Part shown: one piece after another, positions 23,803-37,762 of the stretch
How positions within the stretch are numbered: the stretch's first letter is position 1
How the letters are laid out: every line of letters starts with the position of its first letter
Source: Octopus sinensis
Taxonomy: Eukaryota
Assembly (NCBI RefSeq): GCF_006345805.1
Contig: NC_042999.1
Span: forward strand, 140,120,001 to 140,184,000
Length of the DNA: 64,000 nucleotides
Direction: 5' to 3'
Translations under genes and position numbers: made by a program
Notes under the pieces: generated by a model
The model's input: the letters and a program-made list of their open reading frames with translations, nothing else
What the model was told of the DNA's origin: nothing
The model's database searches: none

Positions 23803-24290
23803 TAATATTATGAGGGTTGTTTGTTTTCAATCCACATATAAATCCTTATATGTGGATAGTGTCTCAATTTCTTTTAGGGAGACATTATCATCTTTCAGAA
23901 TTGATATATTAGTTAAGATTTCTCTTCTTGATAGCTGATTGTCTTTGATAATAATGTCTAAAGATCTGCCTTAATCTATATGAATTGGCATGTTCCAAAG
24001 AGTGATAACTTTGTCATTCTTTGAGACCTTGTCTGTATTTTTTATTCCAGCATTTCTTCCAACAGCAACAACCTTTTTTCACTCATCAGTACACACAAAG
24101 GGTTATGGCATGTCCATCAGCCTTTTAGAAATTTTTATTATATTAAAAAGACCCAACAAATATTATTGTCAAAGACAATCAGCTAGCAAAATGAGAAATC
24201 TTAACTAATATATCAATTCTGAAAGATGATAATGTCTCTCTAAAAAGGATTTATATGTGGATTGAAAACAAACAAACCTCATAATATTTA
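23803..24290. mobile_element. R4/NeSL-like RLE non-LTR retrotransposon fragment present as an inverted duplication
   Basis: The minus strand of about 23810-24040 reads VSKNDKVITLWNMPIHID*GRSLDIIIKDNQ..NISILKDDNVSLKEIETLSTYKDL (RLE endonuclease region). About 24160-24290 is an inverted copy of 23803-23953. Confidence 0.75.
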
Positions 24291-25794
24291 AAACTAAATT
24301 ACATGAACACATTGCATTTTTCCTCAAAGGAATATACATGCCTTTTAAGTAGTTGAGAATGTTTGGTTTACACCATATCTTTGCTGTGTGTATTTTAATT
24401 CTAACATGGTTTCCAATGTATGGAAAGTGTGTGTGTGTGTGTGCATGCATAGATGATTATTGCTCCATCTTCACAAATACTTGCTGTTTCCCTGTGCTTC
24501 ATCATTGACTGTGCCATTTCTGACTTTCTAGCCATCACCTCTCAGTCCTGTTGTAGATCTGCATGGTTTGAAGTGTAGGTGACAAACAAGTGTCCCTCTC
24601 CTAGAAGGATGCTTTGGCAACAACTAGAGGTTCCCCATAATGGAATAACCATTAAAAGCTTTACTTCATGCCATACACATGCACGCTCACGCATGCTTCA
24701 TATATTCTCTTTTGGTTGAGACTGAGTAGCTAAAAACAAAAGGATTTGTTTCTTAAAAACCTCCATAGTTTTTCAGTTACTTTTTTATTCTGCTATTAAA
24801 TATTTTTAGTAGGTTTTTGGTCTTGCACCACAATCAGAAACTCCAAGTCTCTGTTTGCAATTCTCAGTCATTATTTTGTTTGTTTCTTTCTTCATATCAT
24901 TAATAAACTACATGTATGATACTGCAGTCAGCTGACCTGTCCAAATGTTCTGCTCACGCTTATTCACTTAGTGCTGATTCAGTGAATATTACTGACTTGC
25001 AACTTATGTTGAACAGCTATTAACATATGTAGGATGGACCAGGCTATCGGCCAAGTCCAACATGTGGATCCCCCCACATGCACATACATCTTTAGTTTAG
25101 CTTAGAAGGGCAGTTCTCTTCTGTCTAGTAGATATGGTGAAGAGATTGAATGGTGGACATGATCAAGATTATTGAAGAGAGATGCTTTCCTCTTTGGCCA
25201 ATCCTTCATGAACTTTCAAGTTCCACTTAGAAAGGGAGATACTACTTTCCAGTATAATCTCAGAATATGCCTGTAGGCTGGAGAATACAGCTGGGAGAAG
25301 ATATCTGCTCTTGATAGCCAATCATCTTAGATCTCTGGGGGTTCATACTGGGTGGGTCATCCCATTTCATCCATTTTTGTATACTATATTTTTTAGGCTT
25401 GTTTTTCCATTATTTTGCGTAATCCTCTTTTTTTTTAATTTATCTTTGCAATGTTCTTTCATGTATTGCCCTTATGGCAAATAAATGGTTACTATTTTAT
25501 TGTTGTGGTTAATGAGGAAAGTATTCTAACAAGTTTAAATTGCATAAAAAAACAATTGTTAGGATTACTTTCATTTGAGTAGTATTTGAATATTTCAATG
25601 TCTGCCTATATGGTATATATATATATAACAACAAAAAAGGCTGTTAGATAACTTTTTTCCCCTTTTTGGTGTGGCTGTTCTTCCCAACCACATTCTGTTT
25701 TTGGGTTCAGTCATACAGCATGGCATCTTCAGCAAGTCTTCTGCTAAAGCCCCAGACTTGAGTAGATTAGGTAGATGGAAACTGAAAATCTTTC

Positions 25795-25952
25795 TCTTCC
25801 TCTCTCTCTCTCTCCCCCTCTCTTTCTCTCCCTCTTTTTCCCTCTCTTTCTCTCTCCTTCTCTCTCCCTTTCTCTCTCTCTCTCCCTTTCTCTCTCTCCC
25901 TCCCTCTCTCTCTCTTTCTCTCTCGCTTTCTTTCTCAATCTCTCTCTCTCGC

Positions 25953-25992
<40 letters not shown>

Positions 25993-26075
25993 GCTTTCTC
26001 TTTCTCTCTGTTTCTCTCTCACTCACTCATTCCCCTCACTCACTCACTCACTCACTCACACACATGCACACATGA
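25795..26075. repeat. Compound (CT)n/(CTCA)n microsatellite
   Basis: Directly visible. Explains the low-complexity ORFs in this interval. Confidence 0.95.
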
Positions 26076-26757
26076 AGAGTGTCATTCTTTTCTGATATTT
26101 TGTGTGAACATATCTTGCTATGGTGGAAATATTTCCTTGGAAACTGGCAAATATTGATGACAGGAAGGGCATCCAGCTGTAGAAAATATGCTTCAATGAA
26201 CTCCATCTCACCCATGCAAGTGTGGAAAAGTGGATGTCAGTATGATGATGATGACACAAGTATAATAGTAATGTGTAAGGTTCATGAAGTCAAAAATCAT
26301 TAAGGTGAATGCATTTCCAGGAAGTTTAAACTTGTAGAAAGAAAAAAAACATCCAATCCTGTTCCCCCCACCCATTAAATTTGAAGCAAAGCACATGACA
26401 TTGGAAGAAATATATATCTATGAAAAAAAAACACTTGAATTTGAGAGGGGTTCTAATAATATGTTTGACAAAAACAACACACATACACGCGTGCGTGCTC
26501 ACATGCTCACACACACGCGCACACACAGTGTTGCCAAACAAAAGTCACTTTGTATTTCTTAATGAAATAGAGCTTGCAATTGATCAACTTTAGATATGAC
26601 AATTGTGTTTTATTTTTGATTTTTAATTCACACCAAATCTTTTATGTTCATTATATAACATCCTTATCTTTCCCTTCATTTTTATATAATTTTGTCTTGC
26701 CCATTCCCACACTTTGTATAACATTTGTATGAAAGGGCCTGTGTACACTTTAAAAAG

Positions 26758-26789
<32 letters not shown>

Positions 26790-27059
26790 GGCAGTGAGCT
26801 GACAGAATTGTTAGCACAATGGACAAAATGCTTTGCAGTATTTCTTCCAGTTTCATGTTCTGAGTTCAAATTCTGCCACAGTCAGCTTTGCCTTTCATCC
26901 TTTTGGGGTCAATGGAATAAATACCAGTTGAGTTCAAATTCCACTGAGCGGTGACTTTGCTTCTCATCCTTTTGGGGTCGATAAATTAAGTACTAGGTTT
27001 GATGTAATCAACCCCTCCCACAAATTTAAGGCCTTGTACCTATAGTAGACAGGATTATT

Positions 27060-27240
27060 ATTAACCTGCATGTGTAAGCGAATGCAGGGTATTGTAATCA
27101 CTCGTCTTTGTGTGTTTTCAAAATTACTAGAAAATGGCTGAACGGATTTTCACCAAATTTGGCAGAAATACTCATTGGGTGAGTGGCTCAAAATGATGAA
27201 AATTTGGTTTATCTCCAAACATACATAAATACGTACATTG
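27060..27240 (+). mobile_element. DINE-1/HINE-like (Helentron-associated) repeat fragment
   Basis: ggctgaacggattttcaccaaatttggcag core preceded by a gtgtgt-rich block. Assigned by motif resemblance only. Confidence 0.45.
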
Positions 27241-28639
27241 ATATGTGACTCTGTGTGTGTGTACAGTGATGGATTTGAGGGTTTCGTTTATTTACGAGTT
27301 GATTTCTTTATTTCACCGGAGTATAAATAACTATAATGGTGATACTTTAAAAAAAAAAATCAAACTTACAAATTTCCCAGTAAGCAAGTTTAGTCAAACA
27401 CTTACAAAGCTTAATTCAGTTCAATTAAAAAGCTTGGGTAAGCAATGCATTGTTAGCCACACTATAATCTACGAAAATATTTATCTGCGCACAAGGTATG
27501 CATTGCCTCTCTAATGCTGATTTTACATTATTATTGCAATAAATTGGCAGAATCTTTACAGAAAAAGCCTTATGGCATTTGTTCCAGCTCTGATTAAAAA
27601 GCCTGCTGAGGTCACCTTTGCTTTTCATCATAATGGTAGTTGATTAACTAAAGTATCTGCCCAGTACTAGTCAATTTGATTGACAAACTCATTTCCCCCC
27701 AAATTTCTGACTTTGTAGTTATATTTAAAGCAATTACCATTAAGCTGGCTAACAGAGCTCTCAGTGCATCAGAGAAAATGCTTAGCAGCATTTTTCAGCT
27801 CTTTATGTTTTGAGTTCATATTCTGCCAATTTTTGCCTTTCATCCTTTCAGGGTTGATAAAAGAAGTCTCAATTAAGCTTTGGGATTGATCTAATTAGTT
27901 TTCTAAACAATTATTGGTCTTGTGCCAAAATTTGAAATAATTATTATATAATGGTATGCACAAATGTTACATTTATAATCACTATCCTTAATCCTAGGTC
28001 ACAACCAGTTTCCTTAGATATTGAGGACCTTTTGAACAATCCTTGCTGTATAATAGAGCAAATTTCTGTAGTAATGTGATCTTGTAGTTACACCAATCTT
28101 AAGAAAATTACTAAGACTTCTTATTTAGGCATTGGATCAGCAGAATAGTTAGGCATTGAATAAAAAGCCTCATTGCATTTGTTTTGATTCTTTAAGCTTT
28201 GATTAAAATCTTATCTTTCATCTCTCTGGGCTTAATAAAACAAATATCTGTCAAATACTGGAATGATATAAATTAACTATCCCCTCTCTCAGATTTGTGA
28301 CCTTGTGAGACCATTGATATCTATACCCTCATCTGGTTAATTGACTATGAAATATATACACACTTAAACTGTCTTGATGTTATAAATATTGATTACAACT
28401 TAAGGTTCTTGACTAAAAAAGTGTAGATATTTGGTTCTTAGCTATGAGTGTTATTCATGTAGATATCAACTAGTTCACATCAAGTTCACCATCCATTGTC
28501 CTTTTAAAAAGGTTTAGAGCTTCCCTCTAATGGAATAGCCATTAAAAGTTGATCTCCATCACTTTGAAACTCTTTCTTCAGTGACTACCAGTACAGCTTT
28601 CACAGAACTAGGTTCCCTGGTGACCTATTTCTTATGTCA

Positions 28640-29560
28640 TGCAGCATTAATGCTTTAGACATTATGTCTAGTATGCAACTGTATCAAAACTTCTTACAAG
28701 TTCCATTCATCTTTTGTCTCTCAGATCACTAGCTTCTTTTCAAATTATCATTGCAATATGTGTTGATGGAGCTCTTTCTGCTCCATTCTTAGTCAACTTT
28801 AGTGTCTGCCAGGGTTTGCTTATGCCCACCACTCTCTTCCTACTATATATGAATAACCTACATGCCACCAAATCCAACAATACCCACTCTTATACATATT
28901 ACACAACTCTTCATTCCTTTCTTTCCCTGGCCATACATCTACATACAACAGGCACACCACACGCTAATTCTGCATTGATTTCATAAATGAAAACACAGTA
29001 TCCTTCAGCAAAAAAAAACTCAAGCACTGTTCATAACAAGAAAACACAACACCCCCTTTAAATATAGACAATACTTGGCTAGAGCCCTCAGTCACCCCTA
29101 ATACTGGCCTCTCTATCAAGGATCTCTCTTGACAAAAGGACCTTTTTAATTTATCTTGGACTACATCCCAAAAGGCTAGCTCTTCTCTTCAGGGCCAGAA
29201 GGTATTTTAACTCCTATCAGCTACTGTCACTTTACAAAACTTAAGAGAGGTCCACATTGGCATTCAATTACAAATGGGAACATTCAGCCTCCAGCTCCCA
29301 GGCATATTATCTCTTTTTTTTTTTTTTTTTGCTACTATAATGACCTCTGCTCCTCAGAGTTAGTGGATCTCCTATTTCCACTACTTAGGCACCTCCAGCC
29401 TACTCATCTCTCCTGCTCCTATCACCCTTATGTCCACCATCACCCCAGCCCTACACTAACACTATACCCAGTTCTTTTTCTCCAGAACATTGGCTCTCTG
29501 GAATCTTCTCCTTACTTATCTTACCTACAGTTGTTGGCTTGTAATAGTTTAAATGGAACA
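28640..29560 (+). mobile_element. Highly decayed CR1/L2-group LINE RT fragment
   Basis: VDGALSAPFLVNFSVCQGLLMPTTLFLLYMNNL..THSYTYYTTLH resembles the GVPQGSVLSPTLFLIFINDL..YADD RT segment. Confidence 0.6.
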
Positions 29561-31877
29561 TTAATGGTATCAACCTCACTGATTTGAGAGTACTGGCAAA
29601 AGCCATGAATACTGTTTCATCCTCATAAGTTTTCTGTACAAATAACCAACAACTGGATCACTTAGTGATTTTCCATTTGGTAGTTTTGCAACAATTGTCA
29701 GGAAATACTGATAAAGTTTTGAGAGAAACATTGCACAGTTTTTACTCCATAGCTTATTTAGCCATAATGCATTGCAGCTTTGCTGTTTATTTACATTATA
29801 GATTAGCCTCCCCACTCCCTCGCAAATGACTGTAGATCATCTTGAGATATCTTTACAACCTTGGGGGTATGGATGGTATGACTTTTCATGTTGTGAAACC
29901 ACCTGTAGGTTTAATAGAAACATGCAGCTGATAGTCGTACATTCTTGTAATTTCTTATGACAAAGCTTTTGACTTACTACTTGTAGTTTGTGCTTAAGGA
30001 CATTTACCTGACTGTCTCTGTCTCTCATTGACAGTTTTCATGGATTTTAGGAAAGTCTATCATAAAGTTGCAGCTGGTGGTTTGTAATTTTATTATTCAT
30101 TTTGTATCAGATACTATCCAATTGTCCTATAATTTTCTTGAGCCTGTCAGAATTTATGTGTATCTGTGTGCTCATATTATTATTCATAATGTCGTTGTTG
30201 TCAGTGATGATGGTAGTAGTTTGCAGAATTTGTATATCAACAAACTTATGGCATTTAATTATATCCCTTTACAATCTACATTCAGATCCCACATGGTCCT
30301 CTTTCAACCTTTTTGGGTCTGTAAAACAAATAGCAACCAAGCAGAAGGGTTGATATAACTGATCATACTGTTCTGCAAAATGTTTGGCCTTGTATCCATG
30401 CTAGAAACCATTAATATTATTAATGTTAAGGTTGGTGACTAGCATATAGATAAAGTGCTGGGCTTGTGGTATTTAATTATCTCCCTATTTGTCCCAAGTT
30501 CAAATTCTGTGATGATTGGCTTTGAATTTCATACCTCTGGAGCCAATAGTATAAGTGCATGTCATAAACTGGATTCAATTCTATCAACCTTGTAGTCATG
30601 TTCTAATATCAATTAATTTTTCATTATATATAATACACACACACAAACACACACACACAAAGTAATGTGATAACAATGAGTTGGCAGAAATGTATTGGAT
30701 TAAATACTTTACATTATCTCTACTTCCCATGCTCATAAGTACTTATATTGACTTTGCCTTTCATAGCAATATTTTCTTCTTTAAATGGTCACAGCTGAGA
30801 TGCATTTCGCCATGCAACACCAGGAACTTCTGTATCATATTAATATTGCTAGATCATGTTGTGTCCTGCCCAATGACATCAATGTGGTTGAGTGGTTTCC
30901 AACAGCCATTACAGTGCAGAATACTATATTGAACTCTATTAATTATACTAAACCATTACCATAAAGAAAATTATATTGTACCTAATCAAAAGTAAAATAT
31001 TAGGATTTATGTAGAAAGCAGAATGGAGAGTACTAATCTTGTTATTTACATTCTAAGTTGAAATTTCATGAAAGTCAACTTTGTCTTTAATACTTCCACA
31101 GATGATAAAATAGGCACCAGTCAAGAAATGGGATCAATTTTAATCAACTTTGCTTCTTCATACTATTTGTAGCTTTGCACCAATGTTAGAAAACATCATG
31201 ATTAATGTGACAAGTGTTGTAGGGCAGAAGTTGAGCTTCTGGTAAACTGAGTTTATGAATTAGTTTTTGTCAGATGAAGACAGTTGTTACTTATACTAAC
31301 AATATTCTTGAAAAGGGGGAATAAGTTTTAATGTAGTAGCATTTTCAGTATTATGAATGAAATGTAAATTGCTCTACCAAACTTACTTGAGGTATAGTCT
31401 TTGTCCAAGTTGTCCCCAGACGCAAATGACTTTTGAAGTCAACTTCAGTTGAAACAATTCTAACACTTTAACTCAAACTGTAGTTCTGTATTGGCAACTG
31501 TCACACACTCTAACATTTCTGCCAAGCAACTGCACATGACTGGTATTTCATAATCCTGAAAAGATAAAAAGCAAAGTTGAACTCAGAAAGATAGAATAAC
31601 TGTTGTGAAAAAAAAAAATACACTTCAGAGTATTGTTATATTTTGAGTTCAAATGCTGCATAGATCAACTTTTTCCCTCCATCAAATACAATTGATGGAA
31701 TTGGGAATTGATTCAATTAACTAATTATCTGTATTGCTATATCTAGCATGGTGGTATCTTTTAGATGCCCTTAATTATAATTTTTATAATAATTATTACC
31801 TATGAGGTTTTTATTCCAATGCTAGCCACTTGATATGATCAGTATTTTAAATAATGATCTTATCCTTATTTATATAA

Positions 31878-31879
<2 letters not shown>

Positions 31880-31914
<35 letters not shown>

Positions 31915-32520
31915 TCAACTTGTGTGTCTGTGTGTGTTTAACTTCCTGGCACATCTCCTCCTAGCCAACAAATCGTAGAACCACCAAAAATGGGTCACTT
32001 AAAGTTTAGGTGAATGAAAATTGAACTGCACTATTTCTGTTCCGAAATTCATCTCGCAAATGCAAAAATCGATAATGTGTTTGTTTAGGCCTTATCCCAT
32101 GCATTGAATAGTGAACTTTACTCAGTCAGCTGTCTGACGTGAACTGTGTTCACCACGCGTGCAAGCATGCGTAAATTGCATGAAAAATAAAAAATCAAGA
32201 TATAAAAACGAATCACCGTAAACATTGTGGAAATTCGGCAAAGAAATTAATTTTCAGGATGTAGCCTGGAGGGTTTTTTCGTATTAATCATTTGAACTTT
32301 GTGAACACATACCAATTGTTTTCATAACATTTTTAACACTTTGAATTAAATGTGACCATTTTGTTTTGAGTCTGCAGTTTGAGTCACTTTAACCAAATTT
32401 TAGCAGGCCGGATTTTTGATCATCACGATACATCGCCAGCGACTCCCTGAAATCCCCGTTGAGAAATCTATATATATAAAACTCAATTTGTGTCTGTGTG
32501 TTTAACTTTTGGATCTACCA
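31880..32520 (+). mobile_element. Helitron-like non-autonomous element(s), with a second 5' end at 32467
   Basis: (tc)tatatatataaaactcaa-tgtgtctgtgtgtttaactt 5' motif occurs near 31900 and again at 32467. Confidence 0.5.
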
Positions 32521-32558
32521 AGTTTCATTATTAAAGATGGAAAGTAGTGTGTAGCAAA

Positions 32559-32944
32559 TCTATATATATAAAGCTGAGGTTGTCTGTGTGTGGCAGGTTT
32601 GGTAGCCTTCAACTAACACTATCTCCTTCGAGACACTGCAGCGCAAGTTGATCAAAATTGAGAGTATGATAGAAGAAGGCTTGCTCTTCATTCTTTAGAA
32701 GATAATTCAAATCGGACCATGTTAACACCAAAAATTATTTACATCAAAAAAGTGCTTTTTTCTATGAAAATACCTATTTTTTTACGATTTTTGACTGCTG
32801 TGTCACCATTTTTCGGTGTATTTCAACTGGAAAAATGTTCACTTGAAGAGAATAACAAGTTGCATAATGCAAAATTTTTACTTTTCAAAAATTGCAATTC
32901 TAAAGGGTCGAAACAAACCCAAGCAACACCGAGTGATACTGCTA

Positions 32945-32945
<1 letters not shown>
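32559..32945 (+). mobile_element. Non-autonomous Helitron
   Basis: 5' TC (tctatatatataaagc) and 3' gcaacaccgagtgatactgCTAG. Inserted between A and T with no TSD. Confidence 0.7.
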
Positions 32946-32983
<38 letters not shown>

Positions 32984-33100
32984 GCCCAAAGTTGAAGGAT
33001 TATATCCCTTCGGCTTTAGAGTCTGACAAGTCATCCATGAGCTAAGCCCTTTATAGATGTGAAACCATTGCCTACTATGACCAGACATACACCTAATTGC

Positions 33101-33137
<37 letters not shown>

Positions 33138-33147
33138 CACACATACA

Positions 33148-33900
33148 CAAGGGGATACCCAAAAGAAACCAGAATTTTGCAATATTATTTTATTCACTTG
33201 GTTTTATACTTCAAAGTATTCTCCATTTGAAGCAACGCATCAGACCAGGTGTGTTTTCCACTATTTGAAGCAGTGCTGAAACTCTTGTGAAGTGATGCCT
33301 TTTAATGCCTTCGTCATTTTTTCTTCACTTCTTCCATATCTGCAAATTCTGTAGCACCAGCGATCACCTTTGAAAAAAGGTCCAGATCAACTTTCAACTG
33401 TTCTTTCAGTTCATGACATGCATTCAGTCATGACTGCTTTTCTCTTCTGTGAGCAAGTGAGGCTGCAACTCTTTTCATTTGCAATTCCTCACTCAAAATT
33501 CGTTAGCAGGAGTTCCAGGACACAACGGTCATAGCAACAAGTTCGCTAATTGTTTGGTGATGATCCTCCAAGATCAGTTCATGAATTTTCATATTTTCAT
33601 TCCTTCAGGAAGTCAGCAGATGTCCTGTCCTGAAAGAGGTTGGTATTCAAGTTACCATTCCTGAAGTGTGGAAAACACTCATAAACTTGTTTTGCTTGTG
33701 GCAGCATCCTTGTAAGCTGTTTGAAGTATGACAGTTGTTTCCGCTGCCATTTTCCCCAGCAGGAAACAGAGTTTCAGCCATCACAAAAATCAATGAACAG
33801 GGAGGAAGCACTGCAAAACAAAGATGCACTGTATGGCAGTACAACCTCAGTCAACACCACCAGTCAGGGCCACATCAAGTGGCTTTTAGTGGTAGAAGCC
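33148..33900 (-). mobile_element. Internally deleted mariner transposon relic
   Basis: The minus strand encodes the N-terminus (FLLGKMAAETTVILQTAYKDAA..IHELILED) and C-terminus (EFADMEEVKK..GITSQEFQHCF..CVASNGEYFE) of a mariner transposase, with stops and frameshifts. Confidence 0.75.
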
Positions 33901-34790
33901 TGAATTACAACGGGTTTGTCCCACAGAATGTTTCCAGTTACTTTTGGGCAACCAGTTATATATATAATTCGTCTGGAGGAAAGCTTGTACCCGTGGCTTT
34001 TGTAGACCTTCTGAAACCTGTGAGACTAACATGTTAATGTTCCTCTTGAAAACTGGAAGTTGTTGGTTTATGATGGTATGTAAAACATAAGCAGCAAGGG
34101 AATTCAGGGTGCCATCATTCTGAGGAGTAAGGGTTTGGATAATAGTTTGTGTGGGATTTTAATTGGGTGGGATAGAATGTGTGATGAATGGAGATGAGTG
34201 ACTTGAGTACTTGAGTGGAAGTGAACATGATCTCAGCCAACTCTGAAGAGCAGCAGTTGATGTAGATGTGGTAGACAACAGAGAAATGATATGTCTGTGG
34301 ATCAGAGGTTGGAGTGCATTGGTGAGTGAATTCTTACTAATCAGTTGGATGGCCTTTCTTCTGTATGCAGTCTGTGATGTCAGTATGTGTAGCAGCAGTA
34401 TCAATTCTGGTATTTGAAAAGTATCTCATTGTAGGTCTCACCTGAGTTTTATGGAGGTTTAGTAATTTTGGTAGGATTTGAAATATTTTTCTGATCCTCA
34501 AGAGAAGTCAGTCTTCATTTACTGAGAATTTTTACACTTTTCAGGAGAAATCCTAATGATGGTGAGGCATAAGCCTTTGTAGCAATCTTGAGTGTTGTAA
34601 ATGGGCAATGTTCATGTTTAGAAGGGATGTTGTACAGTAATGTTTTCATATATGTAGTGACTGTCATTGTGCTGTTGCAAGAGAAAAGTTAGGAACTCTT
34701 GTGAAGGATGTTTCTAAAGTTTGTTATTCTTCTCTTATAGATTTGTTGCTGGTGTTCATTTAAGAAATCTTCTCTCTATTTTCTTTGCAG

Positions 34791-34868
34791 GATCCAAGAT
34801 GCTGTACTTCATATCTTTCAGAGACGCCCATTACCATATTCCTATTATACCTTACAATCAAACTTGAG
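34791..34868 (+). CDS. PRR5: PRR5/PRR5L-like exon: (R)IQDAVLHIFQRRPLPYSYYTLQSNL
   Basis: Acceptor ttttctttgcag, donor gtaaga, phase 2 to 2. Aligns with human PRR5 IHNGVIAVFQRKGLP..LFSLNEGV. Confidence 0.85.
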
Positions 34869-35289
34869 GTAAGATATTTTGTATTTATCAAAATAATTTT
34901 ATCATTTAAGCATCTACTTTTTACTCTAGGAAATATTTAAAGATTAGCAAAATTTCTGCTCAGGTGATCTGTGCCATCTTTTAGTTTGGGGTGAACATTT
35001 TAAGAGTATGGAGTGAATTGTCCATTGCAGGAAGAAAGTATTTGTTGCATTTCATGCTAATGAATGTTATGGCCTGTTTTGATTTTAAGGGTATTGTTCT
35101 TGTTCAGTAGCTGGGGTTTTTTTTCTTCTTTTAATTGAAGTGTCTGGGGGCACTGTTATAGTCATTTCTCAGTTATCAGTGTTGATGGCATGTGCCTTAT
35201 ATATATGTTTTTGAAGTGTCACTGGTCTTTCTATTTACTATTTTCCATCTGAATTTTCCTAGGAAATGCAATTGTTCGCCTTTCATAAT

Positions 35290-35540
35290 TTGTGCTGGAG
35301 CCAGTGCAGTAGTCTCTGTATAAAGAATATATATGATTCATATTTCAGTTTAAGTACCATGGTTTTAGTAACGTCCCTCAATGATATATTTAAGCAGTGC
35401 ATGTGGAAAATCTTTAGCCCACTTTTCTGGAAGGAGTATAAGGTATAAATTTTGCATTCTGGTAGAATGCAAATCTTATACACCTCAATTTTGGTGCATA
35501 CAGTTAGATTTTGTTTAACTATATTTTTATCCAAATGTTA
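35290..35540 (-). mobile_element. Old RTE/BovB-like LINE fragment
   Basis: TKIEVYKICILP...LKIFHMHCLNISL resembles the post-RT TKI.VY...L..FH.RCLR.IL segment. Confidence 0.5.
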
Positions 35541-36719
35541 AAAAGATATTTAAAGACACTTTAAAACAAAAGCAATTATTTGCACTAGGAGAAATTCTAT
35601 ACTTTGGCGTTAGTATCAGGAAATCAGACTAATTCAGCCATGCAGATTCCATTTTTTGGCACGGTTTTAGGGTGGGATGCATTCTATCATAGCACCAATG
35701 CTGGAGAGGTTGTCATTTTCTCAGCCAAACTAAAAGGCTCTCCTCATTGTACTCTCAACCTTATGTTGTCTCCATTCATTTGTCACCCACTCTGTAGTGT
35801 TCTGGTCATTTTACCATAGCACTAACACTGAAGTTGCCTTGTACCCTACAATGCTTCCATTTATTCCAGATATCCTGACCAAGGAAGTGGCTAGGAGAGT
35901 GCTGAAAGAAAAAACATTATCGGTTATTAGGTGAGAGGAGTGAGTATATGTAGGAAGAAAGAGTGATAACAATGAGAGGGTAGTATTGGAGGGAGTAAAT
36001 GAAATCAACATAATAATGGCTGGGTGTAATAGATGATAATGACAAACATCTTTCTAAAGAGATTGAATGAACACTAATAAATGGTTGATGGTAAGAAAAA
36101 GTGATGAATGACAATAACAAGTGGCCTGGAGAAGAGGGAGTGATGGCTGGTTGAAAGAATGATGGTAATATGTATTGGAAATTAACAGATCTAAAGCAAT
36201 CCTTCATTACACAAGCATCTTGATAAGATGTACAGTGATAAGGATGGTAGTAGTGGGAACTGAACAGATATATCACCTATTGTACTGACATCATGGTACA
36301 ATAAATAGAAGGGAAAGTGAGTGGTAGAGAGATTAGAGGGTATTAAGGTGGTGAAGGAAGCATGGATACATTGGGTGGGGTATTCAGCTGTAAAAACCAT
36401 GCCAAAACTGACCTCACCAATGCTGGTGCCACATGAAAAACACCCAGTCCACTCCAACATGGTTGGCATTAGAAAGGGCATCCAGCCATGAAAATTATGC
36501 TACACTGACCTTGCTGGTTCCATGTAAAAGGCATCCAGCTGTAAAAACCATGTCAAAATAGACAGTGGAACTCGGTGTAATCCTCTGGTTTGCCATCTCC
36601 AGTCAAGCTGTTCAACCCATTCAGCATTTTAATATTTGTTTCACCATGCTTCCAAAGGTGGCAGGATCTTCTTTAGCACTGTATGTCATTAATCACCTTG
36701 GTCTTTTGTCATCTCCTCT

Positions 36720-37150
36720 ATGAGGCTGAATATCTTTGAGATTAGTCTTCACTTCATCCCATGTCTTCCTTGGTCTCTTCCTTCTACTGATTCCATATAC
36801 TAAGTCACTGCTCTTTTTTTCCAACTGTCATTCTCCATTTGTATCACCCACCCATACCTCCTTTCTAACATACCGCACTGATTCTAATTTTTTTCAGTTC
36901 ATTTGTATTTTATTATTCATCATCCAATGTGGAATATTTGCTCATTTTTTTTTAGTTTTTACACATTCTCTGTATTCAAGGCCCACATCTTGTTGGTTAC
37001 CATATAGCATTGCATTTCATACACAAGCATCATATTATTCTGTCCTTCACTTTAAGAGACAAATCCTTTATTACCAGCATAGGTAATACAACCTTAAACT
37101 TTTTCTAACTTGTTCTAACTCTGACTACTATGCTTTCAGAATACCCACCT
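36720..37150 (-). mobile_element. RTE LINE 3' fragment
   Basis: Reverse complement similar to 18900-19250 (YGN.MW.LN..R.RPRKTW). Confidence 0.6.
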
Positions 37151-37713
37151 CCAATACTAATTTACGCAAGAAAACTACAAAACTGTTCTTCAAAGACGTG
37201 TTCCTTCAGAAATTTGTCTAAATGTAGAGAAATTGGAGTCCTAGAACATCATTTTCTTTCAGTACAATTGAATATTCATTGTTGTCTAGTTTGTGTATCC
37301 TAGACAAATTATCTTGTCAGGTAGAATCCATCTTTCTCCCAGTTATATCTGCAAGAGGATTTAACTTAGTATTTTAAGTGAATGAACAATTTCATAAAAT
37401 TGCTGATTTTATGGTACTGCTACCTAAAACAGTAAATTATTTTTATCCCATGGTTCTATTTACAGACAGATTGTCTGGATTATTTGAGAAATATACATTT
37501 TCGCCACTAGCTCAATGCACTGTTGGTGACAGGATATGATACATTGACTCGTCTGAGTGCTTAATTGATATTCTATTTGCTCACTATATATTTGAAACAG
37601 TTGTATTTAAAATAATAGAAAAAAAAAGATGGTGTGCCTTTTCCTTTCTCTTTTGACCAAGTTGTTAAAAAAACTACAATCTAAGTCAGTTTGTCTCCAA
37701 CTTGTCATTTCAG

Positions 37714-37762
37714 ACGTTTAATCCGGACTGATACTGGACCAATTATTTATGATTACTTTAAA
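37714..37762 (+). CDS. PRR5: PRR5-like exon: (R)RLIRTDTGPIIYDYFK
   Basis: Acceptor catttcag, donor gtaagt, phase 2 to 0. Aligns with RQLLKTELGSFFTEYLQ. Confidence 0.85.
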
